This document shows, piece by piece, positions 1 through 10,435 of a DNA stretch of 64,000 nt (position 1 is the first letter of the stretch; the number at the start of each line of letters is the position of its first letter). The position numbers and the translations under genes were made by a program. The notes below the pieces were generated by a model. It worked only from the letters and a program-made list of their open reading frames with translations, was not told where the DNA came from and made no database searches. The DNA comes from Burkholderiales bacterium (GTDB lineage: Bacteria > Pseudomonadota > Gammaproteobacteria > Burkholderiales > SG8-39). The stretch covers positions 5,378 to 69,377 of the forward strand of contig DATHYT010000074.1 of NCBI GenBank assembly GCA_035459025.1. Reading direction: 5' to 3'.

Positions 1-227
1 TCATTACCGACGCGCAGGGCCTGGTGCAGGAGGTGCGCGGCCTCGGCGTGGTCGGCGCGCAGCCGATGTTGAAGCCCGGCGAGAGCTTCGAGTACACCAG
101 CGGCACCGCGATCGCGACGCCGGTCGGCACCATGCGCGGCGCCTACCAGATGGTGGCCGAGGACGGCACGCGCTTCGAGGCGCCGATCCCGGAGTTCACG
201 CTGTCGGTACCGCGGGTGCTGCACTGA
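1..227 (+). CDS. apaG: ApaG (DUF525) protein, 3' fragment; N-terminus lies upstream of the window
   Basis: The frame is open to the window edge. The C-terminal residues (GESFEYTSG...GTMRGAYQM...[13 protein letters not shown]) match the ApaG consensus as I remember it. Confidence 0.8.
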   Translation, partial: ITDAQGLVQEVRGLGVVGAQPMLKPGESFEYTSGTAIATPVGTMRGAYQMVAEDGTRFEAPIPEFTLSVPRVLH

Positions 228-273
228 GACTTACTCGTCGTCTCCGGTCTTTCGCGGCCAGGTCCACCACACG

Positions 274-1458
274 ATGAGGATGAGCAGCGCCAGCGCCACC
301 AGCATTTCGAGGATCACGACCCACATCGTGGGGCTGATTCTACTGGGCGCGTGCGCGCAGGTGCCGCCGCCCTGCCCCTGCCCGCCGCCCAAGCCCGCCA
401 CGGACGCGCGCTATGAGCCGGTCGCGTTTGCCGCGCTCCCGGGCTGGAGCGCCGCGCCGCTGGCCGCGAGCGTGCGCGCGTTCGTTGCGGGCTGCGCGCG
501 CGTCGCCCCCGGGCAGGTCATGCACGAAGCGTGCGAGGCCGCGCGGCGGCTGCCCGCCGGCGACGAGGCCGCCGCGCGCGCCTTCTACCAAGACGCCTTC
601 GAGGCCTATGCGCTGGTCGCGCCCGACGGCGCGCGCGAGGGTATGGTCACCGGCTACTACGAGCCCGTGCTCGAAGGCAGCCGCGGCCCGAGCGCGCGCT
701 TTGCGCAGCCGGTGCACGGCGTGCCGGACGATCTGGTCGTGGTGGATCTCGCGTCGCAGTATCCGGAGCTGCGCGGCATGCGCCTGCGCGGGCGGCTCGA
801 CGGCCGGCGGCTGCGGCCCTACTACTCCCGCGGCGAGATCCTGACGCGCAACGGCGCCCTGCCGGCGCCCGTGATCGCCTGGGTCGCGGATCCGGTCGAG
901 CTTTTCTTCCTGCAGGTGCAGGGCTCCGGCCAGATCCAGCTCGCCTCGGGCGAGCGCATCCGCGTCGGCTTCGCCGAGCAGAACGGGCACCCCTACCGCT
1001 CGCTCGGCCGGCACCTCGTCGAGCGCGGCGAGCTGCCTCTCGAGCAGGCTTCCATGCAGGGCATCAAGGCCTGGGCCGCCGCCAACCCCGCGCGCCTGCA
1101 GGAGGCGCTCAGCCACAACGCGAGCTACGTGTTCTTTCGGGAGCTGCCCGCGGTGGACGGGCCGATCGGCGCCCACGGCGTGCCGCTGGAGGCCGGCTAC
1201 AGCATCGCGGTGGACCCCAAGTTCGTGCCGCTGGGTGCGCCCGTGTTTCTCGCCACGACCTATCCGCTCTCGGCGCAGCCGCTCGAGCGGCTGGTGATGG
1301 CGCAGGACACGGGCGGCGCGATCCGCGGCGCGGTGCGCGCGGACTTCTTCTGGGGCTCGGGCGCCGAAGCGGGCGCGCTCGCCGGGCGCATGCGCCAGCC
1401 CGGGCGCCTGTGGGTGCTGTGGCCGCGCGGCGCGCCGCTGCCGCGGCCGCTGCCCTAG
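274..1458 (+). CDS. mltA: Membrane-bound lytic murein transglycosylase A (lipoprotein)
   Basis: 394-aa ORF with lipobox LLGAC. It carries GYYEP, FFLQVQGSG and C-terminal 3D-domain-like AQDTGGAIRG...RADFFWG motifs typical of MltA. Confidence 0.85.
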   Translation: MRMSSASATSISRITTHIVGLILLGACAQVPPPCPCPPPKPATDARYEPVAFAALPGWSAAPLAASVRAFVAGCARVAPGQVMHEACEAARRLPAGDEAAARAFYQDAFEAYALVAPDGAREGMVTGYYEPVLEGSRGPSARFAQPVHGVPDDLVVVDLASQYPELRGMRLRGRLDGRRLRPYYSRGEILTRNGALPAPVIAWVADPVELFFLQVQGSGQIQLASGERIRVGFAEQNGHPYRSLGRHLVERGELPLEQASMQGIKAWAAANPARLQEALSHNASYVFFRELPAVDGPIGAHGVPLEAGYSIAVDPKFVPLGAPVFLATTYPLSAQPLERLVMAQDTGGAIRGAVRADFFWGSGAEAGALAGRMRQPGRLWVLWPRGAPLPRPLP

Positions 1459-1461
1459 CGC

Positions 1462-2190
1462 CTACCTGGCGCGCGCGGCCTCGTCGAGCTTCGCGCGCAG
1501 GTCCGGCAGCTGCATGCCGCCGCGCGCGCGCTCGCCCGTGGCGAAAAAGAGCGTCGGCGTCGAATTCACGCCGAGCGAACGGCCGAGCTCCAGCACGCGC
1601 TCGATCGGCGTCTCGCAATCGGCTTTTCCGGTCGGCACCTGCGCCTTGGCGCGCGCGGCGAGCGCGAGCCAGGCCTTGGCGCGATCCGCCGAGCACCAGA
1701 CCGCCCTGGAATGATCCGCAAGCTCCGGCCGGATCACCGGGTACATGAAGTAGTAGATGGTGATGTCGTCCACCTGCGCCAGCGTCTGCTCGAACTGGCG
1801 GCACGCGGGGCAGTAGGGATCCGAGAACATGGCGAGCACGCGCTTGCCGTTGCCGCGCTTCACCTTCACCGCCAGCTCGAGCGGCAGCGTCTCGAAGCGG
1901 ATCGCCGTGAGCTTGTTCAGCCGCTCCTCGGTCACGTTCTTGCGGCTGCGCGTATCGTACAGGTTGCCTTCGATGATGTAGTTCGCCTCCGCGTCGGTGT
2001 ACAGGATCTGCGGGCCGCCGCGCCCCTGGAAGCGCACCTCGTACAGGCCCGGCACGGGGGCGGGCTGCACGCCCTCGACCTGCACGCCGCCGAGCGCCGC
2101 CTCCACCACACGGCGGATCTTCGCTTCGTCGGCGAACGCGCCCGCCGCCACGAACAGCACCGCCACCACTGCAATCAGGAATTTGTTCAC
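1462..2190 (-). CDS. dsbC: Periplasmic thiol:disulfide interchange protein, DsbC/DsbG family
   Basis: The true start is taken as the internal GTG at 2190 of the 561-aa track ORF, giving signal peptide VNKFLIAVVAVLFVAAGAFA. Thioredoxin-fold active site SDPYCPACRQFE. The upstream part of the track ORF is an alternate frame of the neighbouring gene. Confidence 0.8.
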   Translation of the reverse strand: MNKFLIAVVAVLFVAAGAFADEAKIRRVVEAALGGVQVEGVQPAPVPGLYEVRFQGRGGPQILYTDAEANYIIEGNLYDTRSRKNVTEERLNKLTAIRFETLPLELAVKVKRGNGKRVLAMFSDPYCPACRQFEQTLAQVDDITIYYFMYPVIRPELADHSRAVWCSADRAKAWLALAARAKAQVPTGKADCETPIERVLELGRSLGVNSTPTLFFATGERARGGMQLPDLRAKLDEAARAR

Positions 2191-3335
2191 GCCATGGCCT
2201 GCCGGATGAGGAGATTCTTTATGACCGGCACGCGGTCGGTCAGGTTCAATCCGGCGTTGCGCAGGAGTGCAAGGGAGCGCGTCTGCGCCCGGAACAGGCG
2301 ATACAGGCCGTGCACCGTTGCGTCCATGGCGCCGATTTCGCCCGCGCGCGCTCTCTCGTAGCGGCGCAGGAGGCGCAGATCGCCGGGATCGCGCCGCGGC
2401 TCGCGCGCCGCGAGCACCGCGGCCAGCTCGCGCGCGTCCTGCAGGCCGAGGTTCGCGCCCTGCCCGGCGAGCGGGTGGATGACGTGCGCGGCGTCGCCCG
2501 CCAGCGCCACGCGCGGCGCCACCATGCGGCGCGCCGCAAGGCGGCGCAGCGGGAAAGCGCGCGCCGGGGTGACCACGCGCAGTGCGCCGAGCGCGTGGCC
2601 GCTCGCCGCGGCGACGGCGTCGGCGAGCGCCTGCGGCTCGAGCTCGAGCAGCCGCGCCGCGTCTTCTTCGCCGGTGGACCAGACCATCGAGACGTGATCG
2701 CCCGGCAGCGGCAGCAGCGCCAGCACCGGGCCGCCCTGGAACCACTGGTAGGCCACATTGCGGTGCGCGCGCTCGCACGCGAAATTCGCGACCACGGCGC
2801 GCTGCGGATACGTCGCATCGGTCGCGGCAATGCCGGCGTGCTCGCGCACCATCGAGTGCGCGCCGTCCGCGCCGACGACGAGCCGCGCGTCGAGCGTGCG
2901 CCCGCCGCACATCTGAAGCTGCGCCGCCTCCGGCGTGACCTCCAGCCGCTCCAGGCGCTCGGGGGCGAGGATGCGGACCTGCTCGGCGTGCTGCAGCGAG
3001 GCGCGCAGCGCACGCTGCAGCGCGCCGTCCTCCACGATCCAGGCGAGCTCGGCGACCCCCGCCCGGTACGCATCGAACGCGAGGAGCGAGCGGCCGTCGT
3101 CTCCGAAAACGCGCATGGCATGCACCGGCGCGCGGCGCTCGGGCCACGCGCCAAGCGCGGCGAGAAAGCGCGCGTTGCCCGGCGTGATCGCGTAGACGCG
3201 CGAGTCAAAGCCATGCGCCGGCGGCGCCGGGGCCGCGGCCTCGTCGGCCACCAGGGCGACGCTCAAATCGCGCGCGGCGCGCGCCAGCGCCGCGCCCGCG
3301 ACGCCCGCACCGACGATGGCGAGGTCTGCATCCAT
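2187..3335 (-). CDS. FAD-dependent ubiquinone-biosynthesis hydroxylase, UbiH/UbiF/VisC/COQ6 family
   Basis: 382 aa with N-terminal dinucleotide fold IVGAGVAGAAL and the GDAAHVIHPLAGQGANLG motif. It overlaps the downstream dsbC-like start by 4 nt. Confidence 0.8.
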   Translation of the reverse strand: MDADLAIVGAGVAGAALARAARDLSVALVADEAAAPAPPAHGFDSRVYAITPGNARFLAALGAWPERRAPVHAMRVFGDDGRSLLAFDAYRAGVAELAWIVEDGALQRALRASLQHAEQVRILAPERLERLEVTPEAAQLQMCGGRTLDARLVVGADGAHSMVREHAGIAATDATYPQRAVVANFACERAHRNVAYQWFQGGPVLALLPLPGDHVSMVWSTGEEDAARLLELEPQALADAVAAASGHALGALRVVTPARAFPLRRLAARRMVAPRVALAGDAAHVIHPLAGQGANLGLQDARELAAVLAAREPRRDPGDLRLLRRYERARAGEIGAMDATVHGLYRLFRAQTRSLALLRNAGLNLTDRVPVIKNLLIRQAMA

Positions 3336-3368
3336 GGCGCGTATTCTGGATTAAAATCCGCCATGCGT

Positions 3369-3445
3369 GGCGAATTAGCTCAGCTGGTTAGAGCAGCGGA
3401 ATCATAATCCGTGTGTCCGGGGTTCGAGTCCCTGATTCGCCACCA
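3369..3445 (+). tRNA. tRNA-Met (anticodon CAU); a lysidine-type tRNA-Ile2 cannot be excluded
   Basis: 77-nt cloverleaf. Acceptor GGCGAAT/ATTCGCC plus A-CCA, D-arm GCTC..GAGC, anticodon stem GCGGA/TCCGT with loop AT-CAT-AA, T-arm CGGGG-TTCGAGT-CCCTG. Confidence 0.9.
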
Positions 3446-3458
3446 CCCGAAAATCAAG

Positions 3459-3485
3459 AGCCCGCGAGAATCGTGGGCTTTTTTT
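3459..3485 (+). terminator. Rho-independent terminator after tRNA-Met
   Basis: Hairpin AGCCCGCGA-GAA-TCGTGGGCT followed by TTTTTTT. Confidence 0.7.
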
Positions 3486-3581
3486 CTGACCATTCCTCAC
3501 GCGGCACGACGGCTCGTCAAAGTGTGAAAAGGAGCGCGCGTTCGCTGGCTTGCCCGAGGCGACGAGGCGCAACATGGAGGC

Positions 3582-4142
3582 ATGCAACAGGCAGGACAAC
3601 GCCGTGATTTGCACCGCCCCGCAACCGCGGCGCGCGGCTGGAGCGTGATGTGCTCGGGGCTCGTGCTCGCGCTGCTCCTCACCGCGCTTCCGGCAAGCGC
3701 AGCCGAAAGCTATCCCGACGTTCCCGCAGTCCCTGCGGACGCCGACTGGTCCTTCGCCCACGAAACCGCGTCCGGCCTCGAAACCTACATCGCGAAGCCG
3801 TCGCTCAGGGTGCTGCGGGACCGTTCCGGATTCGCGGTGTGGCTGAAGCTCGCGCGCTCCGATCCGTCGGCCATGTCCCCGATGGCCGCGTACGTGCTAC
3901 ATGACTGCGACAACCCGCGCCGCATGCGGCTCGGCCAGGCGGTGAATCTGCGCAGCCAGGCCCGCTCCGGCGACGGCAGATCCGCGTGGCTGCCAGATGT
4001 GCCTATTTCGAGCACGCTCAAGGCGACCTTCTGCCCGAAGATCGCGCGGCTGAAGGCGCAGGAAGAGCGCGACCGGATGGCGGACGCCCGCGGCGGGCAG
4101 CGCATCCTCCAGGCCACGGCGGGAGAGCGCGTGGGGCGGTAA
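3582..4142 (+). CDS. Hypothetical exported protein (possible surface-adhesin-E-like fold); alternative start at 3648
   Basis: ORF with hydrophobic signal-like segment LVLALLLTALPASAAE. The spacing of W, a DC pair and a late C (DWSF...YIAKPSL...VWLKL...HDCDNPRRMRL...AWLPDVP...FCPK) resembles small adhesin-E-type periplasmic proteins. No catalytic motif seen. Confidence 0.5.
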   Translation: MQQAGQRRDLHRPATAARGWSVMCSGLVLALLLTALPASAAESYPDVPAVPADADWSFAHETASGLETYIAKPSLRVLRDRSGFAVWLKLARSDPSAMSPMAAYVLHDCDNPRRMRLGQAVNLRSQARSGDGRSAWLPDVPISSTLKATFCPKIARLKAQEERDRMADARGGQRILQATAGERVGR

Positions 4143-4261
4143 CTCGGCGAGCGCCCGAGCGTGCCTGGCGCTGGCGGCGATGCTCGGTCCAAGGGTCCGC
4201 GACACGCCCGGCCCCTTGATACAATGGCCGCCTGTCATCACTGTCCTCCCGCCGCGCTCCG

Positions 4262-4561
4262 ATGACGCGTTCGCTGGTCGTCGCCGCCCTCATTGTCTGC
4301 CTTGCCGCACCGGCGCACGCGCAGCTGCGCACGCTGCCCGCGCACACCAAGCCCGGCAAGATCCGCCACGTGCAGGAGATGGTGGTGCAGATCGACGGCA
4401 AGCCGGCAGTGCTCGCGCGCGGCGCGCAGGTGCGCGACGCCCACAACCGCATTGTGCTGCCCGCCGCGATTCCCGCGGGCAGCCTGGTCAGGTACACGCT
4501 GAACGCGCAGGGTGAAGTGGCCGCGGTGTGGATCCTCAGCGCGCAGGAGGCGCTCAAGTGA
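4262..4561 (+). CDS. Hypothetical small exported protein, co-transcribed with miaB
   Basis: 99-aa ORF with signal peptide [20 protein letters not shown]. Its TGA overlaps the likely GTG start of miaB (GTGA at 4558-4561). Confidence 0.55.
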   Translation: MTRSLVVAALIVCLAAPAHAQLRTLPAHTKPGKIRHVQEMVVQIDGKPAVLARGAQVRDAHNRIVLPAAIPAGSLVRYTLNAQGEVAAVWILSAQEALK

Positions 4562-5883
4562 GCGGCAAGCTGTTCCTTCGCACCTACGGCTGCCAGATGA
4601 ACGAGGTCGACTCGGCGATGATCGCCGGGGTGCTGGCCGAGGCCGAAGGGCTCGCGCCCGCGGCGCAGCCCGACGAGGCCGACGTCATCGTGTTCAACAC
4701 CTGCTCGGTGCGCGAGAAGGCGCAGGAGAAGGTGTTCGCCGACCTCGGGCGCGTGAAGCACCTCAAGCGCGACAACCCGCGCCTGATGATCGCCGTGGGC
4801 GGCTGCGTCGCGAGCCAGGAGGGCGCGGGCATCGTCGCGCGTGCGCCGTTCGTGGACGTGGTGTTCGGCCCGCAGACGCTGCACCGCCTGCCCGAGCTCC
4901 TCGCGCGCCGGCGCGCGAGCGGCGCGGCGCAGGTGGACGTCAGCTTCCCCGAGATCGAGAAGTTCGACCGCCTGCCCGAGCCGCCGGCCGCCGCGGCGAG
5001 CGCCTTCGTCTCCATCATGGAGGGCTGCAGCAAGTATTGCAGCTTCTGCGTGGTGCCCTATACGCGCGGCGAGGAAATCTCGCGGCCGTTCGAGGACCTG
5101 ATGGGCGAGATTGCCGCGCTCGCCGGACGCGGCGTGCGCGAGGTGACGCTCCTCGGCCAGAACGTGAACGCCTGGCGCGGCGAGATCGGCGGTGCGCCGG
5201 CCGACTTCGCGGAGCTCCTGCGCTACGTGGCCGAGATCGACGGCATCGGCCGCATTCGCTACACCACGTCGCACCCGCGCGAGTTCACGCAGCGCCTGAT
5301 CGACGTGCATGCGGAGCTGCCGCAGCTCGCACCGCACGTGCACCTGCCGGTGCAATCGGGCGCCGACCGCGTGCTCGCCGCCATGAAGCGCGGCTATACC
5401 GCGCTCGAGTACCGCTCGATCGTGCGCCGGCTGAAGAAGGCGCGGCCGGAGGTGAGCCTCACCTCGGACTTCATCGTCGGCTTCCCCGGCGAGACCGAGG
5501 CCGATTTCGCCGCCACGCTCGCGCTCGCACGCGAGCTCGGCTTCGACGGCTCGTTCTCTTTCCTCTACAGCCCGCGTCCCGGCACGCCCGCGGCCGAGCT
5601 CGACGATGCGACGCCGCGGGAACACAAGCTCGAGCGCTTGCAGCGGCTGCAGGCGCTGCTCGACGCGCAGGCGCGCGCGGTGAGCGAAGCCATGGTGGGC
5701 GGCCTCGAGCGCGTGCTCGTCGAGGGCCCGTCGAGGAAGGACGCGGGCGAGCTCGCCGGGCGCACCGGCAACAACCGCGTGGTCAATTTTCCCGGCGACG
5801 CCGCGCTCGCCGGGCGCTTCGCCGACGTGCGCATCACGGCCGCGCGCGCGCATTCGCTGCGCGGCGAGCGCCTGGATGCCTAG
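4558..5883 (+). CDS. miaB: tRNA-2-methylthio-N6-dimethylallyladenosine synthase (radical SAM methylthiotransferase)
   Basis: N-terminus [19 protein letters not shown] (UPF0004 domain), radical-SAM [12 protein letters not shown]-terminal TRAM region. The track ORF begins at 4528; GTG 4558 fits the family N-terminus better. Confidence 0.92.
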   Translation: MSGKLFLRTYGCQMNEVDSAMIAGVLAEAEGLAPAAQPDEADVIVFNTCSVREKAQEKVFADLGRVKHLKRDNPRLMIAVGGCVASQEGAGIVARAPFVDVVFGPQTLHRLPELLARRRASGAAQVDVSFPEIEKFDRLPEPPAAAASAFVSIMEGCSKYCSFCVVPYTRGEEISRPFEDLMGEIAALAGRGVREVTLLGQNVNAWRGEIGGAPADFAELLRYVAEIDGIGRIRYTTSHPREFTQRLIDVHAELPQLAPHVHLPVQSGADRVLAAMKRGYTALEYRSIVRRLKKARPEVSLTSDFIVGFPGETEADFAATLALARELGFDGSFSFLYSPRPGTPAAELDDATPREHKLERLQRLQALLDAQARAVSEAMVGGLERVLVEGPSRKDAGELAGRTGNNRVVNFPGDAALAGRFADVRITAARAHSLRGERLDA

Positions 5884-6838
5884 CAAGCCGGTCGAAGTCC
5901 GTCTCGATCCGGTGGACAACCTGCGTCTGGCGCGCCTGTGCGGCGCGCTGGATGCCAACCTGCGCCAGATCGAGTCGGCGCTCGACGTGTCGATCGCGCG
6001 GCGCGGCGCGCGCTTCACGGTGCGCGGCGAGCCGCGGCAGGCCGAGCGCGCGGCGCGCGCGCTGGAGCACTTCTACGACAAGGCTGCGGCCGAGCTGAGC
6101 CTGGACGACGTGCAGCTCGGGCTCACGGAGCTCGCGCAGGGCAAGCCGCCCGAGCCGCCCGAGCCCGGGCCGGCGCTGCTCACGCGGCGCGCCGACCTGC
6201 ACGGGCGCACGCCGCGCCAGGTGCAGTACATCGAGCACATCCTCGCGCACGACATCACCTTCGGCATCGGCCCGGCGGGCACCGGCAAGACCTACCTGGC
6301 GGTGGCCTGCGCGGTGGACGCGCTCGAGCGCGACAAGGTGAAGCGCATCGTCCTGGTGCGGCCCGCGGTCGAAGCCGGCGAGCGCCTCGGCTTCCTGCCG
6401 GGGGACCTGGCGCAGAAGGTCGACCCGTACCTGCGGCCGCTGTACGACGCGCTCTACGACCTGATGGGCTTCGAGAAGGTGGCCAAGCTGCTCGAGCGCG
6501 GCACCATCGAGCTGGCGCCCCTCGCCTACATGCGCGGGCGCACGCTGAACCACGCCTTCGTCATCCTCGACGAGGCGCAGAACACGACGCCCGAGCAGAT
6601 GAAGATGTTCCTCACGCGCATCGGCTTCGGCGCCAAGGCGGTGGTGAACGGCGACGTGACGCAGATCGACCTGGCGCGCGGGCAAAAGAGCGGCCTCATC
6701 GAATCGCGCCGCATCCTCGCCGAGGTGCGCGGCATCGCCTTCACCGACTTCACCGCGGCGGACGTCGTGCGCCACCCGCTCGTCGCGCGCATCATCGATG
6801 CGTACGAAAAGTACTCCGAAGCGCCGCCCACGAAGTAG
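5876..6838 (+). CDS. ybeZ: PhoH-like ATPase (YbeZ)
   Basis: Walker [30 protein letters not shown]. Position between miaB and ybeY. Confidence 0.9.
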   Translation: MPSKPVEVRLDPVDNLRLARLCGALDANLRQIESALDVSIARRGARFTVRGEPRQAERAARALEHFYDKAAAELSLDDVQLGLTELAQGKPPEPPEPGPALLTRRADLHGRTPRQVQYIEHILAHDITFGIGPAGTGKTYLAVACAVDALERDKVKRIVLVRPAVEAGERLGFLPGDLAQKVDPYLRPLYDALYDLMGFEKVAKLLERGTIELAPLAYMRGRTLNHAFVILDEAQNTTPEQMKMFLTRIGFGAKAVVNGDVTQIDLARGQKSGLIESRRILAEVRGIAFTDFTAADVVRHPLVARIIDAYEKYSEAPPTK

Positions 6839-7247
6839 CATCGCCGTGCAGCGCGCGGCGCGCGGTGCGCCGTCCGCGGCGCGACTGCGCGCCTGGGCGC
6901 GTGCCGCCGCCGCCCCCGGCACCGAAGTGACGCTGCGCGTCGTCGGCGCCGCCGAGGCGCGGCTTCTCAACCGCGCGTTCCGCAAGCGCGACACCGCCAC
7001 CAACGTGCTGTCGTTCGCGTACTCGAAGCGCCACGGCGACGTGGTCCTGTGCCACCCGGTGATCGCGCGCGAAGCGCGCGCGCAGGGCAAGACGCTTGCC
7101 GCGCACTACGCGCACCTCGTGGTGCACGGCATGCTGCACCTGCGCGGGCTCGACCACGCCCGCGCCGCGGACGCGCGGCGCATGGAGCGCCGCGAGACGA
7201 TGCTCCTCGCGCGCCTCGGGTTCGGCGACCCCTACACGGTAGAATGA
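6798..7247 (+). CDS. ybeY: rRNA maturation endoribonuclease YbeY (start may be the GTG at 6846)
   Basis: Zinc motif HLVVHGMLHLRGLDH. Conserved position in the miaB-phoH-ybeY-corC-lnt cluster. Confidence 0.88.
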   Translation: MRTKSTPKRRPRSSIAVQRAARGAPSAARLRAWARAAAAPGTEVTLRVVGAAEARLLNRAFRKRDTATNVLSFAYSKRHGDVVLCHPVIAREARAQGKTLAAHYAHLVVHGMLHLRGLDHARAADARRMERRETMLLARLGFGDPYTVE

Positions 7248-7257
7248 CCCGCGCGGC

Positions 7258-8075
<818 letters not shown>

Positions 8076-8079
<4 letters not shown>

Positions 8080-9539
8080 AGCGCCGCCGCCCCCTCGTCG
8101 CGTTCCTCGCCGGCGCGGCGATGGTGCTGGCCTTTTCCCCGTTCGACCTGCTGCCGGTCGCGCTGATCGCGCTTGCGGTGCTCACCCACCTCTGGGTCAC
8201 GGCGCGCAGCGCGCGCGCCGCCGCCGGCATCGGCTTCGTGTTCGGCCTGGGCATGTTTCTCGCGGGCGTATCGTGGGTCTACGTGAGCCTGCACCGCTTC
8301 GGCGCCATGCCGGCGCCGCTCGCCGCGTTCGCCACGCTCGGCTTTTGCGCCATCCTCGCCCTGTATCCGGCGCTCGCCGGCTGGGCGCAGGCGAAGCTGC
8401 GCGCAACGCCGGCGCTGCGCGCCGCGCTCCTGATCCCGGCGGCCTGGACGCTCGCCGAAGCCTTGCGCGCGACGCTGTTCACGGGGTTTCCCTGGCTCAC
8501 GCTCGGCAGCGCCGCCGTCGGCACGCCGCTTGCGGGCTTCTCGCCCCTCGGCGGCGCCTACGGCGCGTCGTTCGCGACGGCGGTAGGGGCGGGCCTGCTG
8601 TGGTGCGTGGCGCTCGGCCAGGCGCGCTGGCGCGCCGCCGTGGCCTTCGCCGTCATCGGCGTCGCCGGCGCCGTGCTGCGCGACGTGCCCTGGACGGCGC
8701 CCACCGGCGCGCCGTTCGCCGCCAGCGTGCTGCAGGGCAACGTGCCGCAAAACCTGAAGTTCGATCCGCTACAGTACGCGCGCACGCTGGACACCTACGC
8801 CCGCCTCGCGGAAGGCAGCCGCGCACGGCTCATCGTCCTGCCCGAGACCGCGGTGCCGCGCATGCTCGACAGCGTCGATCCCGCCTATCTCGCGCGGCTC
8901 GAGGCGGCGGCAAAGAACAACGACGGCGACCTGCTGCTCGGCGTGCCGGTGCGCGTCGCGCCGGGCGAGTACTACAACGCCGTGCTCTCGCTCGGCGTGT
9001 CGCCGCGCCAGCTCTACTACAAGTCGCACCTCGTGCCCTTCGGCGAGTTCGTGCCGCCGGGCTTCGGCTGGGTGGTGCGCGTGCTGTCGATCCCGCTCGC
9101 CGACTTCTCGCGCGGCCCGGCGCGCCCGCGCCCGCTGGAAGTCGCCGGCCAGCGCGTCGGCGTCAACATCTGCTACGAGGACGCCTATGGCGCCGAGCTC
9201 ATCCGCCAGCTGCCCGCGGCGACGCTGCTCGTCAACGTCTCCAACGTGGCCTGGTTCGGCGACTCGCTCGCCCCGGCGCAGCACTTGCAGATTGCGCGCG
9301 CGCGCGCCCTCGAGACCGGGCGCATGCACCTCGCCGCGACCAACACTGGCCTCACCGCGGCGATCGACCGCGACGGCCGCGTGCTGGCGCGCCTCGCCCC
9401 GTTCGCCGAAGGCCGCCTCGACGTCGAGGTGCAGGGCTACGCCGGCGCCACGCCTTACGTGCGCTTCGGCGACTGGCCGGCGCTCGCCCTGTGTGCGCTC
9501 GTGCTTGGCCTCGTCGCGCTGCGCATGCGCAGCCGGTAA
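8076..9539 (+). CDS. lnt: Apolipoprotein N-acyltransferase
   Basis: 487 aa with a multi-TM N-terminus and a C-terminal nitrilase-type CN-hydrolase domain (LIVLPETA...NICYED...NVSNVAWFG). Its start overlaps the corC stop. Confidence 0.9.
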
Positions 9540-9540
9540 G

Positions 9541-10431
<891 letters not shown>

Positions 10432-10435
10432 CACC

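Noticed and set aside
340-1804. Several long ORFs overlapping mltA in other frames or on the other strand (340..1176 -, 413..844 +, 531..1748 +, 1109..1804 -).
   Set aside because: Their translations are Arg/Ala/Pro/Gly-rich low-complexity strings, typical of off-frame reading in very GC-rich DNA. The mltA frame has clear family motifs.
1462-3147. The 561-aa track ORF, which would suggest a large fusion protein.
   Set aside because: Only the C-terminal 242 aa (from GTG 2190) look like a real DsbC-type protein with a signal peptide. The N-terminal part is an out-of-frame read through the ubi hydroxylase gene.
3369-4561. A genomic island integrated at tRNA-Met.
   Set aside because: No integrase, no direct repeat of the tRNA 3' end and no compositional shift that I could see. 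Only two small native-looking genes lie there, so it is reported only as a low-interest synteny interruption.
4018-6098. The 666-aa minus-strand and 528-aa plus-strand ORFs across miaB.
   Set aside because: No recognisable motifs and extreme Arg/Ala bias. The miaB frame is unambiguous.
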